Assembly (NCBI GenBank): GCA_043821645.1
Contig: JBDRCO010000051.1
Location: forward strand, 128,001 to 192,000
Direction: 5' to 3'
DNA: 64,000 bases
Origin: Pseudomonadota bacterium
GTDB lineage: Bacteria > Myxococcota > JACRCW01 > JAFGSX01
Shown: piece after piece, positions 1-10,190 of the stretch
Numbering within the stretch: position 1 is the first letter of the stretch
Layout of the letters: every line of letters begins with the position of its first letter
The notes under the pieces: model-generated
Told to the model about the DNA's origin: nothing
The model's database searches: none
What the model saw: only the letters and a program-made list of their open reading frames with translations
Translations under genes and position numbers: made by a program

Positions 1-294
1 GTTCAGGCGCAAGGCCTCGAGGTAGCGCTTGCGCGCGGTGTCGTCGTCACCGCGCAGATAAGCCATCAGGCCCAGGGCATTGTGGCACTCGGGATTGAAG
101 GGATCGAACTCCAGGCACAGCTCGCAATGCGGCTGCGCCACGTCGAGAGCGCGTTGCGTGAGGAGCTCAACGCAGGCGCGCTGCTGCTCGAGCGCCTTGT
201 TGTTGGGCGGTGGCGTGCCCCAGCAGGTGGCTGCAGCCGCCACCAGCACCAGCAGCACGCACAGGGACACATCGTGCAGGCTTCGCACGTTCAC
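1..294 (-). CDS. TPR-repeat (lipo)protein, N-terminal part (runs off the window start)
   Basis: Hand translation from GTG at 294 (AGGAGG SD just upstream): MNVRSLHDVSLCVLLVLVAAAATCWG...FDPFNPECHNALGLMAYLRGDDDTARKRYLEALRLN. Hydrophobic signal ending in Cys, followed by a TPR-like helix pair. Not in the ORF track. Confidence 0.75.
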   Translation of the reverse strand, partial: MNVRSLHDVSLCVLLVLVAAAATCWGTPPPNNKALEQQRACVELLTQRALDVAQPHCELCLEFDPFNPECHNALGLMAYLRGDDDTARKRYLEALRLN

Positions 295-487
295 GTGCAA
301 CCTCCTTTGTCGTCGTGGTGCGAGGTGCCGCGGCGCCCCACTGTCCCGTTATCGGACGGCACTCAGCGCTGGTGACGTCGACAGTTATCGCGTGCTGCCA
401 GCGCGGCATAAGATACGAACACCCACCTCCGTCGTCACGGGGGCTTGCGAGACCGGCCAACAAGGGTGAGAGAGATAAGAGACGCGG

Positions 488-1945
488 TCAGCGCGAGGGG
501 GTGATCCTGTCGTGAGCAATCACCGAGATCTTGAGCCCGGTCAAGGCCGAGGCCGCGCTGAGCCCCATGCGCAGCAGTTCCTCGGGCTGGCTGGTGCCCT
601 GGGCCAGCTTGAGGCGATTGGGGCCCGCGTGGGGCTCGCCAAAGGTCGGGTCCACGGGTCGCCAGCCCTCGCCGTCAAGGTAGACCTCGACCCACTCGTG
701 GTAGCCGACGCGGCCGTCCGCCACCACCACGCCGTCGGCAAGGCGGGTGGGGATGCCGGCGGCCTTGGCCAGGGCCGAGAACAGCACGCTGTGCTCGGTA
801 CAATCGCCGATCCGGGTTTCCAGGGTCTCGGTGGCCGGCGCGTAGGCGCGCGACAGATCCTTCTGCTCCACGCGGTCGAACACGAAGCGGGTCAGGCGCT
901 CGACGGTCTCCTGGGGTGAGCGCGTGCGATGCGTGAGCTCCTTGACCACCTGCACGATGCGCGGATCGTGGATCGCCTCATAGGGTGTCTCGGCCAGGTA
1001 CTGCTTGCGGTCCGCCGCGCTGAGCTTCTCGACCGGACCCTGGGCCTGGCGCTTCACCTCGACCACGAGGTGGCCGCCCTCGCGCTTGAGCACCCGCTGG
1101 AAACGATCCTCGGGGACCGGGGCGTTGAGGGTGCCATCGACCCGGAACAGAGCGCGCGCGAGCTGACCGCGCGGGGGGAAGTCTTCAGGCGCATCCCATA
1201 CCGTGCGCGCGAGCACATCGAGGGAGGTGGTCAGAGGCGGTGGCGCAGCACCCTCGGGGACCGCGTATGCGCCCAGGGCCGGGATCTCGACGCGCAGGGT
1301 CTTGCCCGCGCGGTCCAGGTGCTCGACCTGCTGCACGCCGGCGATGGAGCTCTCGACCACGAAGCCCTCGGCGGTGGCGCGGCTGCGGTAGCTGGCGTCG
1401 ACCACAGCACCCAGCTCCTCCAGCAACACCTTTCCAGAAAAAGTATCGCCGTCCTTGAGCCTCCTTCGCTGCTGCAGCTCCAGGGCCGCGGCAAAGGTCA
1501 CACCCTCATCCATATCGATGGTGCGTGTGGTGGTGGCACCACCCGCCTCGGTGGTAACGAGGACCTGGCGGCCTTTCACCTCACCGCGTGCCCGCACGGC
1601 ACCCCCTCCCTCGTCCCGTAGGTAGCGGTAACGTAGTGGCTTCAGGGCGGAGTCCAGCAAGGTGACCGCCTGCGAGCTCATGCGCACCTCGGTGCTCCCT
1701 CGGCGCAGGGCCAGCTGGCTTTCGCGGACCAGCTCGTGGGTCCCGTCTGGCAACACGCGGTCGATGGCGACAAGCCGGCCCACACGCTCACCCGCGATGT
1801 ACAGGGTGAAGCGCTCGCTGCGGGTGGCCGGTGCGGGCTCGGCAGCGATCAAGCAGGGCACGAAGATCAGCGCGAGCCAGGCGCGCGGTCGACGGGACAT
1901 GGGGAACCTCACGAGATGGGACGTCGTGGCAAGGGTGGTGTTCAC
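488..1945 (-). CDS. Secreted transglutaminase-like domain protein
   Basis: Catalytic-triad motifs GDCTEHS, YHEW and VDPT. Hydrophobic signal near the N-terminus. GTG at 1945 overlaps the glpK stop (GTGA); ATG at 1900 is an alternative start. Confidence 0.85.
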   Translation of the reverse strand: MNTTLATTSHLVRFPMSRRPRAWLALIFVPCLIAAEPAPATRSERFTLYIAGERVGRLVAIDRVLPDGTHELVRESQLALRRGSTEVRMSSQAVTLLDSALKPLRYRYLRDEGGGAVRARGEVKGRQVLVTTEAGGATTTRTIDMDEGVTFAAALELQQRRRLKDGDTFSGKVLLEELGAVVDASYRSRATAEGFVVESSIAGVQQVEHLDRAGKTLRVEIPALGAYAVPEGAAPPPLTTSLDVLARTVWDAPEDFPPRGQLARALFRVDGTLNAPVPEDRFQRVLKREGGHLVVEVKRQAQGPVEKLSAADRKQYLAETPYEAIHDPRIVQVVKELTHRTRSPQETVERLTRFVFDRVEQKDLSRAYAPATETLETRIGDCTEHSVLFSALAKAAGIPTRLADGVVVADGRVGYHEWVEVYLDGEGWRPVDPTFGEPHAGPNRLKLAQGTSQPEELLRMGLSAASALTGLKISVIAHDRITPSR

Positions 1946-3423
1946 GCGCGCTCGACCGCCCGTTGCCAGATGGCCAGCTTGCGCTCGCGCTGCCCGGCGT
2001 CCATGGCCGGAACAAAGCGCCTGTCCTCGCGCCAGGCCCGGGTCACGGCGTCGAGATCCGCAAACACACCGGTGGCCAGACCCGCGAGGCAGGCCGCACC
2101 CAGCGCCGTGGTCTCGACGTCGGCCGGGCGAATGCAGGTCACACCCAGGACATCGGCCTGAAACTGCATGAGCAGGTTGTTCTGGCTGGCGCCACCGTCG
2201 ACACGCAGCTCGGTCAGGGTCTGCCCGCTGTCGAGCTGCATGGCGTCGAGCATGTCGTGAATCTGCAGCGCCACGCCCTCGAGCACGGCGCGGGCGATGT
2301 GGCCACGCGTGGTGTCGCGCGACACCCCCGACAGCAGGCCGCGTGCCTCGGGACGCCAGTGCGGAGCCCCCAGACCGGCGAGAGCGGGCACGAAGCAGAC
2401 CTCTCCACAGTCGTCGACGCTGCGCGCCAGCGCCTCGACCTCGGCCGCGTTCTGGATCAAGCCCAGGCCATCGCGCAACCACTGCACCGCGGCGCCGGCA
2501 ATGAAGGCCGAGCCTTCGAGGGCGTAGACCACCTCGTCACCGAGCTTCCAGCCGACGGTGGTGAGCAGGCCGCGGGCCGAGGGCACAGCGCGCGCGCCAG
2601 TGTTGAGCAACACGAACGCCCCGGTGCCGTAGGTGCACTTGGCGCTGCCGGGTGTGAAGCAGGCCTGTCCGAACAGGGCCGCCTGCTGGTCGCCGGCGAT
2701 GCCCGCGATGGGAATGCCATCGGGGAGGCTGTTGACGCCGGCGGTGTGGCCGTAGACCTCGGACGACGACCGGATCTCGGGCAAGCAGGCGCGCGGCACC
2801 CGGAGCGGAGCGAGCAGCGCGTCGTCCCACTGCAAGCTGCGCAGGTCCATGAGCAGGGTGCGCGAGGCATTGCTGACATCGGTGACGTGGACCTTGCCTC
2901 CGGTGAGCTTGTAGATCAACCAGGTGTCGATGGTGCCAAAACACAGGTCGCCGCGCTGCGCGGCCGTCGCCGCACCCTCGACGTGCTCGAGGAGCCAGCG
3001 CAGCTTGGTGCCGGAAAAGTAGGGATCCAGGACCAGACCGGTGCGTTCCCGGTACAGGGACTCGAGGCCCTGTTCCTTGAGGCTGTGGCACAGCTCCGCG
3101 GTCCGGCGGCACTGCCACACGATGGCATTGTGCACGGGTACGCCGTTGTCGCGGCGCCACAGGCCGGTGGTCTCGCGCTGGTTGGTGATGCCGATGCCCG
3201 CGATCTGTGTGGCGTCGACACCGGCGGCGGACAGCAGCGCTGGCACCTGTTGCTCGACGCAGGCCCAGATCTCATCGAGGTCGTGCTCGACCCAGCCGGG
3301 TTTGGGGAAGATCTGCTTGAACTCGCGGCCCTGCCTGGCGCGAAGACGCAGCTGCGCGTCCACCAGTAGCAAGGTGGTCGTGGTGGTCCCCTGGTCGATG
3401 GCAAGAATGAACTTCTCCGCCAT
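1942..3423 (-). CDS. glpK: Glycerol kinase
   Basis: IDQGTT, GWVEHD, ITNQRETT, AIVWQCRRT, GDQQAALFGQ, KCTYGTG and DGGASQN motifs. Confidence 0.97.
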   Translation of the reverse strand: MAEKFILAIDQGTTTTTLLLVDAQLRLRARQGREFKQIFPKPGWVEHDLDEIWACVEQQVPALLSAAGVDATQIAGIGITNQRETTGLWRRDNGVPVHNAIVWQCRRTAELCHSLKEQGLESLYRERTGLVLDPYFSGTKLRWLLEHVEGAATAAQRGDLCFGTIDTWLIYKLTGGKVHVTDVSNASRTLLMDLRSLQWDDALLAPLRVPRACLPEIRSSSEVYGHTAGVNSLPDGIPIAGIAGDQQAALFGQACFTPGSAKCTYGTGAFVLLNTGARAVPSARGLLTTVGWKLGDEVVYALEGSAFIAGAAVQWLRDGLGLIQNAAEVEALARSVDDCGEVCFVPALAGLGAPHWRPEARGLLSGVSRDTTRGHIARAVLEGVALQIHDMLDAMQLDSGQTLTELRVDGGASQNNLLMQFQADVLGVTCIRPADVETTALGAACLAGLATGVFADLDAVTRAWREDRRFVPAMDAGQRERKLAIWQRAVERA

Positions 3424-3460
3424 GAGGGCTCCTCCTCGGTGTGAAGGGAATCGGTGTGGT

Positions 3461-3817
3461 TCAGCGCGTGTGCAGAGTCAGCTGCTTGACCTGTTCGGCA
3501 AGGGCCTGGGCGCCGTCGCCCTCGATGCGCAGGAAGGAGATGCCCATGCCATGCAGCTCGGATTGTCCGCTGCCCTTCTCGTCGATGAGCAGGGTCTGGT
3601 GGTGCTTGACCACACCCTTGGCCTGAACGGCTCCGGCGCCGGGCAAGTCGAACTTGAGGTCGATCTGGCTGCCCACCGGAAGCGGTTTGTCGGTCTCGAG
3701 GTAGATACCCCCGGCGGACAGATTGAAGCTCTGGTAGCGCTGGATGCCACGCGTGGTCTCGACGCGAACCGCCGTGCGGATGAAGGCGCGCGGCATGACA
3801 CGGCGTTCGACGCCCAT
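3461..3817 (-). CDS. Stand-alone PilZ-domain protein (TIGR02266-like)
   Basis: ERRVMPR (RxxxR), NLSAGG and GMGISF motifs. ATG at 3817 with a purine-rich SD. Confidence 0.85.
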   Translation of the reverse strand: MGVERRVMPRAFIRTAVRVETTRGIQRYQSFNLSAGGIYLETDKPLPVGSQIDLKFDLPGAGAVQAKGVVKHHQTLLIDEKGSGQSELHGMGISFLRIEGDGAQALAEQVKQLTLHTR

Positions 3818-3971
3818 GGTGGTCCTCTCTTTCTGGGGCAGTCCGCCCAGGGGCGTCCGGCCGGAGGCACAGTGTGCCAGGGGATCGTTACCTAGCAAAG
3901 GACGGGGACGATCACAACGACCGCGCAGAACCGGGCTTGACCGCGCGTCGACGTGCGGTGATGGTGCCCAC

Positions 3972-4979
3972 ATGAATCGCCTCGACGCCATTCGCCGCCG
4001 CATGGCGCTGCTGAGGACCGTGCGCGACTTCTTCGAGGCCCGCGACTTTGAGGAGGTCGAGACGGCACTTCTCATCGAAGCCAACGCGCCCGAACCACAC
4101 ATAGACGCCCTCGCGGTGGACGTGCGCAGTGGCCCGGCAACGCAGCGGCGTTACCTGCGCACCTCCCCCGAACTCGCGCTTAAAAGGCTCCTGGGCCGGG
4201 GGCTCGAACGCGGCTTCGAGATCGCCCGCGTGTTCCGCGATGACGAGCAGGGGCCGCAGCACCGCGTCGAGTTCACCCTGCTCGAATGGTACCGCTCCGC
4301 CGAGGACTACACCGTCCTGATGGAGGACTGCGATGCCCTGCTGGCACAGTGCTGCCGGAGTCTGGGTGTGGGCCCTCGCGTCCCGGGTCTTCATGCGCCC
4401 TGTGACCTCGACGCTGGCTGCGAGCGTCTGACCATGAGCGAGGCCTTTGCGCGTCACGCCCACCTCGACCTGGTGCCTTACCTCGACGGCGATGGCCGAG
4501 GCTTGCGCGATGCCGCACAGCAGGCAGGCGTGTGCCTGGTTCCAGCGCTGCGCGACGATGCGGCGCCGGACTTCGAGGCTGTCTTCTTCAGCATCTTCCT
4601 GAGCGCGGTCGAGCCCGAACTCGGCCGGGCACGCCCCACCATCCTGTACGAGTGGCCCGCACCCCTGGCCGCCCTGTCTCGCCGCAAGCCGTCCAACCCC
4701 CGGGTGGCCTTGCGTTTCGAGCTCTATGCGGGTGGTCTCGAGCTCGCCAATGCCTTCGACGAACTTACCGACCCCGCCGAGCAAACCGCGCGTTTCACCC
4801 AGGATCGCAGCGCACGCCAGCTCGACGCGCGCGATCCCTATCCGCTCCCCGATGCGTTCCTGAGCGACCTGGTACGGGTCCAGCCCTGCTGCGGCATCGC
4901 CCTGGGCCTGGAGAGGCTCCTGATGCTGCTCCACGCGGAATCTGACCTTGTGGACGCGGCAGTGCCCTGGGCACTTTGA
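3972..4979 (+). CDS. epmA: EF-P lysine aminoacylase (EpmA/GenX/PoxA)
   Basis: LysRS-like catalytic domain without an anticodon domain: YLRTSPE, VFRDDE, HRVEFTLLEWY, RFELY, ELANAFDEL, GIALGLERL. Confidence 0.93.
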   Translation: MNRLDAIRRRMALLRTVRDFFEARDFEEVETALLIEANAPEPHIDALAVDVRSGPATQRRYLRTSPELALKRLLGRGLERGFEIARVFRDDEQGPQHRVEFTLLEWYRSAEDYTVLMEDCDALLAQCCRSLGVGPRVPGLHAPCDLDAGCERLTMSEAFARHAHLDLVPYLDGDGRGLRDAAQQAGVCLVPALRDDAAPDFEAVFFSIFLSAVEPELGRARPTILYEWPAPLAALSRRKPSNPRVALRFELYAGGLELANAFDELTDPAEQTARFTQDRSARQLDARDPYPLPDAFLSDLVRVQPCCGIALGLERLLMLLHAESDLVDAAVPWAL

Positions 4980-5065
4980 ACTTTTCTCCGTCGTGGAGCG
5001 TTGACGTGCATGGTGCGTCACTTGACGTGGGGTGGGAGCTTTGATTACCTTGCGCGCGTCTCAGG

Positions 5066-5092
5066 GGAACATTCGTGCTGTTCGTGGAGTTG
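5066..5092 (+). promoter_or_regulatory. Candidate ECF-sigma promoter GGAAC-N18-GTTG upstream of pal
   Basis: GGAAC at 5066-5070, exactly 18 nt, then GTTG at 5089-5092. Same architecture as the site upstream of the ECF sigma gene at 52325-52351. Confidence 0.5.
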
Positions 5093-5141
5093 CAGACAGC
5101 ACGTGCCACCAAAAACCCGCGCGCGTGCGCCTGGAGGTCTG

Positions 5142-5945
5142 ATGACCCGCAAGCTGCTGTCGCTGGTCCTGCCCATCGTCACACTAACCGTGCTGGCACT
5201 ATCAGCGTGCCCAGGTCCAGAGTGGCCAAAATGCGAGAATGACGATCACTGCAAGGCGGACAAGGACGGCAACGCCTCCGGGCAGGATCTCATCTGCGTG
5301 TTCGGGCAGTGCCAGGAGTGCGCCAAGGACACGGACTGCAAGGGCGGCAAGGTGTGCCGATCCTATCGTTGCGTGGTCAAGCCGGAGTGCGAGCGCGACG
5401 CCGACTGCGGCGGCAACAAGGTCTGCGGCGGCGGCAAGTGCAAGCTCGAGTGCACCGACGACGCGGCCTGCGGCGCCGGCCGGAGCTGTCAGAAGAACCG
5501 GTGCGTGACCGGCGTGTCGTGCGCAGAGGACGCGGACTGCCCCGAGGGTCAGGGCTGCGTGCGAGGCTTCTGCAAGAAGGCCGGCAGCGACGGTGCCAGT
5601 GCAGGCGGCCCCTGCGAGGTGCAACCGCGCATCTTCTTCGATTTCAACCAGGCCAGCATCACCACCGAGGCGCGCGCTACCCTCGATCAGACCGCGTCGT
5701 GCCTGAAGGAGCGCCCGGACCTGAAGATCACCATCGAGGGCCATTGCGACGAGCGTGGCACCGCGGAGTTCAACCTGGCCCTGGGCGAGCGGCGTGCCGA
5801 CTCGACCCGCAAGTACCTGCAGAAGCTCGGCGTCGACGCCAAGCGCGTCAAGATCATCTCCTACGGCGAGGAGAAGCCTCTGGATTCAGGAAGCAGCGAA
5901 TCCGCCTGGTCCCAGAATCGCCGCGCCGAGTTCGTGACCCGCTGA
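5142..5945 (+). CDS. pal: Pal/OmpA-family peptidoglycan-associated lipoprotein with a Cys-rich N-terminal repeat region
   Basis: Lipobox LALSAC. Five CxxDxxC repeats. OmpA-like domain IEGHCDERGTAEFNLALGERRA...SYGEEKP...NRRAEF. Followed by cpoB. Confidence 0.9.
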   Translation: MTRKLLSLVLPIVTLTVLALSACPGPEWPKCENDDHCKADKDGNASGQDLICVFGQCQECAKDTDCKGGKVCRSYRCVVKPECERDADCGGNKVCGGGKCKLECTDDAACGAGRSCQKNRCVTGVSCAEDADCPEGQGCVRGFCKKAGSDGASAGGPCEVQPRIFFDFNQASITTEARATLDQTASCLKERPDLKITIEGHCDERGTAEFNLALGERRADSTRKYLQKLGVDAKRVKIISYGEEKPLDSGSSESAWSQNRRAEFVTR

Positions 5946-5976
5946 GCACGCTCGCGCCTTGCCGAGGATCCCACCC

Positions 5977-6822
5977 ATGCCGTACCGGATCTTGTCGACG
6001 CTCGCCGGCGTCGCGCTCCTGACCTGCTCGTGCGTGATGACGCGCGAGGAAGGGCAGCAGATGGAGAGCGACATGCGCGCCATCGAGCAGGAGCTGGCGC
6101 TGGAGCGCCTGGAGAAGAAGAAGCACGAGGCCGAGCTCACTGACCGCCTCAAGGCGGCCGAGCTGCAGGTCGAGCGGATGAAGAACGCGATGGAGAGCGC
6201 GGACCAGAACGCGCGCCGTGCCGACGCGGATTTCTTTCTCAAGCTTGATGAGATGGTGGCCCAGGTGCAGCGCATGAACGGCCGCCTCGAGGAAATCGAG
6301 CACCGCCTGGGTGAGATCGAGAACGGCGCCGTGGCCAGCTCCAAGCCTGCCACCCCCGCGGACCCCGGGACGGCGATCACAGCGCCGACCGAGGTCCCCG
6401 ACGCCAGCGCCCTGCCCGCCGACAAACAGGCGCTGTACGACCTGGGCAAGAAGAGCTTTGACGAAGGGCACCACAACGAGGCGCGCCGGATCTTCAAGGT
6501 CTTCCTGGGCCGCCACCCTGACGACGCCACCCTGTCCGACAACGCCCTGTTCTGGACTGCCGAGTCCTTCTTTCAAGAGAAGACCTACGACAAGGCCATC
6601 CTGACCTACCAGGAAGTCATCAACAAGTACCCCAAGAGCGACAAGCTCGACGCCTCGCTGTACAAGATCGGCCGCTCCTTCGAGGCCCTGGGGCTCAAGG
6701 AAGACGCCTCTCTGTTCTATGAGGACCTGGTGGCCAAGTACCCCGGGTCCAAGCTCGTGAGCGATGCCAAGAAGCGTATTGCCACCAACAAGCCCAAGGG
6801 CGGCAAGCGCCGCTCGCGCTAG
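5977..6822 (+). CDS. cpoB: Tol-Pal protein CpoB/YbgF (coiled coil + TPR)
   Basis: Signal peptide with Cys, coiled coil, TPR motifs DNALFWTAES and YPKSDKLDASLYKIG. Directly downstream of pal. Confidence 0.85.
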   Translation: MPYRILSTLAGVALLTCSCVMTREEGQQMESDMRAIEQELALERLEKKKHEAELTDRLKAAELQVERMKNAMESADQNARRADADFFLKLDEMVAQVQRMNGRLEEIEHRLGEIENGAVASSKPATPADPGTAITAPTEVPDASALPADKQALYDLGKKSFDEGHHNEARRIFKVFLGRHPDDATLSDNALFWTAESFFQEKTYDKAILTYQEVINKYPKSDKLDASLYKIGRSFEALGLKEDASLFYEDLVAKYPGSKLVSDAKKRIATNKPKGGKRRSR

Positions 6823-6834
6823 GCCACGGATCCG

Positions 6835-7422
6835 ATGGCCGCACGCGCCCGGCGACCCCTGGCCCTGACCCTGCTGTCGGTGATGGTGCGAGCGCCCCTG
6901 GCCGCGCTGGCCTGGTTCGAGCTGCGCTGTCGAGATCTGCTCTGGCTCGCGCTCCGACCGCGCTACCGCGTCGAGGGCACCTGCCAGCACAACGGCGTGT
7001 GCTGCCACCACATCCTCGTCGTCGAGCAGCGCTGGCTGGCCAGCCCTCCGCTCTCCTGGCTGGTTCGTTTCTGGCTGCAGGGCATCCACCGCTTTCGTCC
7101 CACCGCCAACCAGGTGGAGATGCCGGACGGCGGGGTGGCCCACATCTACAGCTGCGACAACCTCGACGAGAACCGGCGCTGCCGCGAGCACCTATTGCGC
7201 CCCATGATCTGCAGGATCTACCCGCGTCCTGGCCACTTCGTGCCGCCGGTGCTGCACCGCGGTTGTGGCTACCGGGTCGTCGACAGGATCAGCGGCGAGG
7301 AGCTGCGCACGGCCACCCCGCTCGCCTCCGGCGAGGTCGCAAAGCGCTATGACAAGGGAGCACTCATCGATCGCTGGTGCAGTCCCGGCGACCCGGAACG
7401 CAGGGGATCATCGCGCCCGTGA
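6835..7422 (+). CDS. YkgJ-family Cys-cluster protein
   Basis: CxxxGxCC ... CxxL-x5-CxxHxxRPxxCRxYP ... CGY pattern. Confidence 0.75.
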   Translation: MAARARRPLALTLLSVMVRAPLAALAWFELRCRDLLWLALRPRYRVEGTCQHNGVCCHHILVVEQRWLASPPLSWLVRFWLQGIHRFRPTANQVEMPDGGVAHIYSCDNLDENRRCREHLLRPMICRIYPRPGHFVPPVLHRGCGYRVVDRISGEELRTATPLASGEVAKRYDKGALIDRWCSPGDPERRGSSRP

Positions 7423-7455
7423 GTGCGATCGCTCCTGGCAGGAACACCCCGCGCG

Positions 7456-9300
7456 TCAGGGCCTGGGTGGTGACGCCGCGGGCATGGCGGGAGCGTCGTC
7501 GGGCAGGGCGGTCACCTGACCCGGTGGCACGAAGGGCTCCAGGGTGGGCAGAGGATCCCGGAACAGCACGTGGGCGATGTAGGCAGGGGGAATCGAACCC
7601 TGGCCAAGCAACGCGTCGTGGAAACGTCGCAGATCGAAGGTCAGGCCCTTGTAGGCCTCGGCGCGCTCTCGCATGCGCTCGATGGCGACGAACCCGATCA
7701 GGGCTGCTGCACCGTGCGCTGGCTGCTTGAGGAGGTCGATGACCTCCCGCTCCAGGACGGCACGGCGAGCCGCCTCAGGCTGCTGCCCCGCCAGGTCCTC
7801 CTCGGCGAGGGCGCGCACAGCCTGCTCGAAGTTTAGCACACCGGTGTGCAGGTTGACGTCGACGACGACCCGCGCTGCCGCCTCACGGATGGCCTGCCAG
7901 CGTGTCCGCTGGGCCACCGTGTCGGCCACCACCAGGTTGTGCTCGAGGGCCATACCCATGGCGTACAATGCCCACCCTTCGTCGAGGATCACCGAGTCCT
8001 GAGCGCGGCGCACCACCGAGGCCTGACGGCGGGCGAGCTGGTGGCGCAGCATGCGGCCGGGATAGGTCTCCCGGGCGGTGGCCAGGAGCAGGTCACTGCG
8101 GGTGAGTTCTGTGAACAGCGCGTCGCGCTGGGCGGGTGTCCACTCGCCCAGCGGCATCAACCCCACCAGCAGCAGGGGTTCTGCCTGACCGAAGGCCGGG
8201 GGTGGAACCAGCGATAGCGCGGACAGGCGGTCGCGCAACAGGGGCGGAGTCTCGACGACACGCAGGGTGTCGCCGGAGGACACTGGACTGATCAGGTGGT
8301 TCTCATCGACCAGGCCACGCAGGGTCCGCGCCTGGGTAGCCACGGTATCGAGCAGGGCTCGCCGGGTGAAACTGGTCGGGGCGCTGAGCTTGGACACGGT
8401 CACGGCGGGCAAGCCATCCAGCTGCTGATGTGCGGTCTGCAACCACTGTTGTCCGAGGTCCAGCACCGCCGCAGCGTCCATGTTGAGACCGTACTCGAGA
8501 CTGAGACGGTGGCCGTAGGCGACAGCACCCACCGGGGTCAGCTCGGGTCCATCGGCACAGCGGCCATCGATCCCGGCAATGAATCGCTCGAGTCCAAGCA
8601 TGGCCTCGTCGATGCCCAGGCCGAGACGTTCCCGCAAGCCCGCTTCGCTGCGCTCCGCGACCGCGCGCAGGTCATTGTCCAGAAAACGGCGCAGGGCTCC
8701 GGCGTCGGCAGCGGCGGCCTGGCACAGGCGGCGCGACGGCAGGTGCAGGTTATCGCGGGTTGCAGACAGCAGCAGCGGCACCTCGAGCAGACGTGCAGCC
8801 AGGGCTTCCAGGCGAACCTCGAGGGGACGGCTGCCGTCGAGCCACAGCGACAACACCGAGCGCATCAGCTCGTCGACGTCGTCGGTCGGGGCCAGCAGGG
8901 GTCGTCCCTCGACGGCGATCTCGTGAATGGCCAGGCGCAGCGACGCGATGAGTACCTGGCGATCGATCTGCTCGTCCGCGGTGAGGGCGTCCCCCGGTAT
9001 CGCATAGAGGTTCTGCACGGCCCGGGTCAGGTTATCGACCTGGACCTTGAGGATCTTGCCGCTTCGCCGGGGCAGTTGCCGGTCGTAGCGGTGTATACCC
9101 AGGGCCGAGGCGCGGCCCGGGTAAAGCTCCCACAGGGTACCCAGGGCACGATCCGAGAGCTCGGGCCAGCGCTCTGCGGGAGAAAGTTCTGCCGGGGCAG
9201 GCTGCGACAGCTCGACCCTCTGCACCCTCTGGCGGGACGGGCACGAGGCCACGACGAGGAGAAAGAGGGCTAGCAACAGGATGCGTGGATGGGTTCGCAT
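7456..9300 (-). CDS. DUF885-family lipoprotein
   Basis: Lipobox [34 protein letters not shown] and [11 protein letters not shown] motifs. Confidence 0.85.
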   Translation of the reverse strand: MRTHPRILLLALFLLVVASCPSRQRVQRVELSQPAPAELSPAERWPELSDRALGTLWELYPGRASALGIHRYDRQLPRRSGKILKVQVDNLTRAVQNLYAIPGDALTADEQIDRQVLIASLRLAIHEIAVEGRPLLAPTDDVDELMRSVLSLWLDGSRPLEVRLEALAARLLEVPLLLSATRDNLHLPSRRLCQAAAADAGALRRFLDNDLRAVAERSEAGLRERLGLGIDEAMLGLERFIAGIDGRCADGPELTPVGAVAYGHRLSLEYGLNMDAAAVLDLGQQWLQTAHQQLDGLPAVTVSKLSAPTSFTRRALLDTVATQARTLRGLVDENHLISPVSSGDTLRVVETPPLLRDRLSALSLVPPPAFGQAEPLLLVGLMPLGEWTPAQRDALFTELTRSDLLLATARETYPGRMLRHQLARRQASVVRRAQDSVILDEGWALYAMGMALEHNLVVADTVAQRTRWQAIREAAARVVVDVNLHTGVLNFEQAVRALAEEDLAGQQPEAARRAVLEREVIDLLKQPAHGAAALIGFVAIERMRERAEAYKGLTFDLRRFHDALLGQGSIPPAYIAHVLFRDPLPTLEPFVPPGQVTALPDDAPAMPAASPPRP

Positions 9301-9434
9301 GGCTCATCTTCCCGGTCTGTCGATGCCGGGCAGCATGGGCTGAGCCCTTCCCGACGTCAAGGCGTTGCGGCCCGCGGCGCCGTCATGTTAGATGGGCGAC
9401 GCCTGTTCGACCCCGCCGGTCGCTGGAGCCAAAT

Positions 9435-10184
9435 ATGTCCGGTCATAGCAAGTGGAGCACCATCAAGCACAAGAAGGCCGCCACCGATGCCAAGCGCGGC
9501 GCGGTGTGGACCAAGGTGATCAAGGAGATCACCATCGCAGCCCGCATGGGTGGCGGAGACATTGACGGCAACCCGCGTCTGCGCAAGGCGGTGGATGATG
9601 CCAAGGCCGCCAACATGCCCAAGGACAACGTCGAGCGCGCCATCAAGAAGGGCACGGGTGAGCTCGAGGGTGTGAACTACGAGGAAGGTACGCTCGAGGG
9701 CTATGGCCCCGGCGGCGCAGCGATCTATGTCGAGTTCTTGACGGACAATCGCAACCGCGCGACCTCGTCGATACGTTCGACGCTCACCAAGCTGAACGGC
9801 TCGCTGGGTAAGGACGGGTGCGTGGCCTACCTGTTCTCGAAGAAGGCCCAGTTCCTGTTCGAAAAGAGTGCGGTCAGCGAGGACGTGCTGATGGAGGTGG
9901 CCCTGGAGGCCGGCGCCGAGGACGTGATCGATGCTGGCGACGCCTGGGAAGTGCGCGGCGAGCCCTCGACCTACGACGCCCTCAAGGACGCCTTCACGGC
10001 CAAGCAGCTGGAGTACCTGCAGGGCGACATCACCATGATCCCGTCGAACACGGTCAAGCTCGAGGGCAAGGACGCCGAGACCATGATCAAACTCATCGGC
10101 AACCTCGAGGACAACGAGGACGTGCAGCACGTGTACTCCAACTTCGACATCGATGCGGACCTGCTCGAGCAGCTGTCCTCGTAA
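9435..10184 (+). CDS. yebC: YebC/PmpR family protein
   Basis: [46 protein letters not shown]. Confidence 0.96.
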   Translation: MSGHSKWSTIKHKKAATDAKRGAVWTKVIKEITIAARMGGGDIDGNPRLRKAVDDAKAANMPKDNVERAIKKGTGELEGVNYEEGTLEGYGPGGAAIYVEFLTDNRNRATSSIRSTLTKLNGSLGKDGCVAYLFSKKAQFLFEKSAVSEDVLMEVALEAGAEDVIDAGDAWEVRGEPSTYDALKDAFTAKQLEYLQGDITMIPSNTVKLEGKDAETMIKLIGNLEDNEDVQHVYSNFDIDADLLEQLSS

Positions 10185-10190
10185 TCCCGC

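Noticed and set aside
1946-2482. Long N-terminal extensions in the ORF track (also 26137 for bamA, 53160 for the CAP protein, 62152 for the CDF)
   Set aside because: They overlap well-supported neighbouring genes. SD sites and signal peptides point to later starts.
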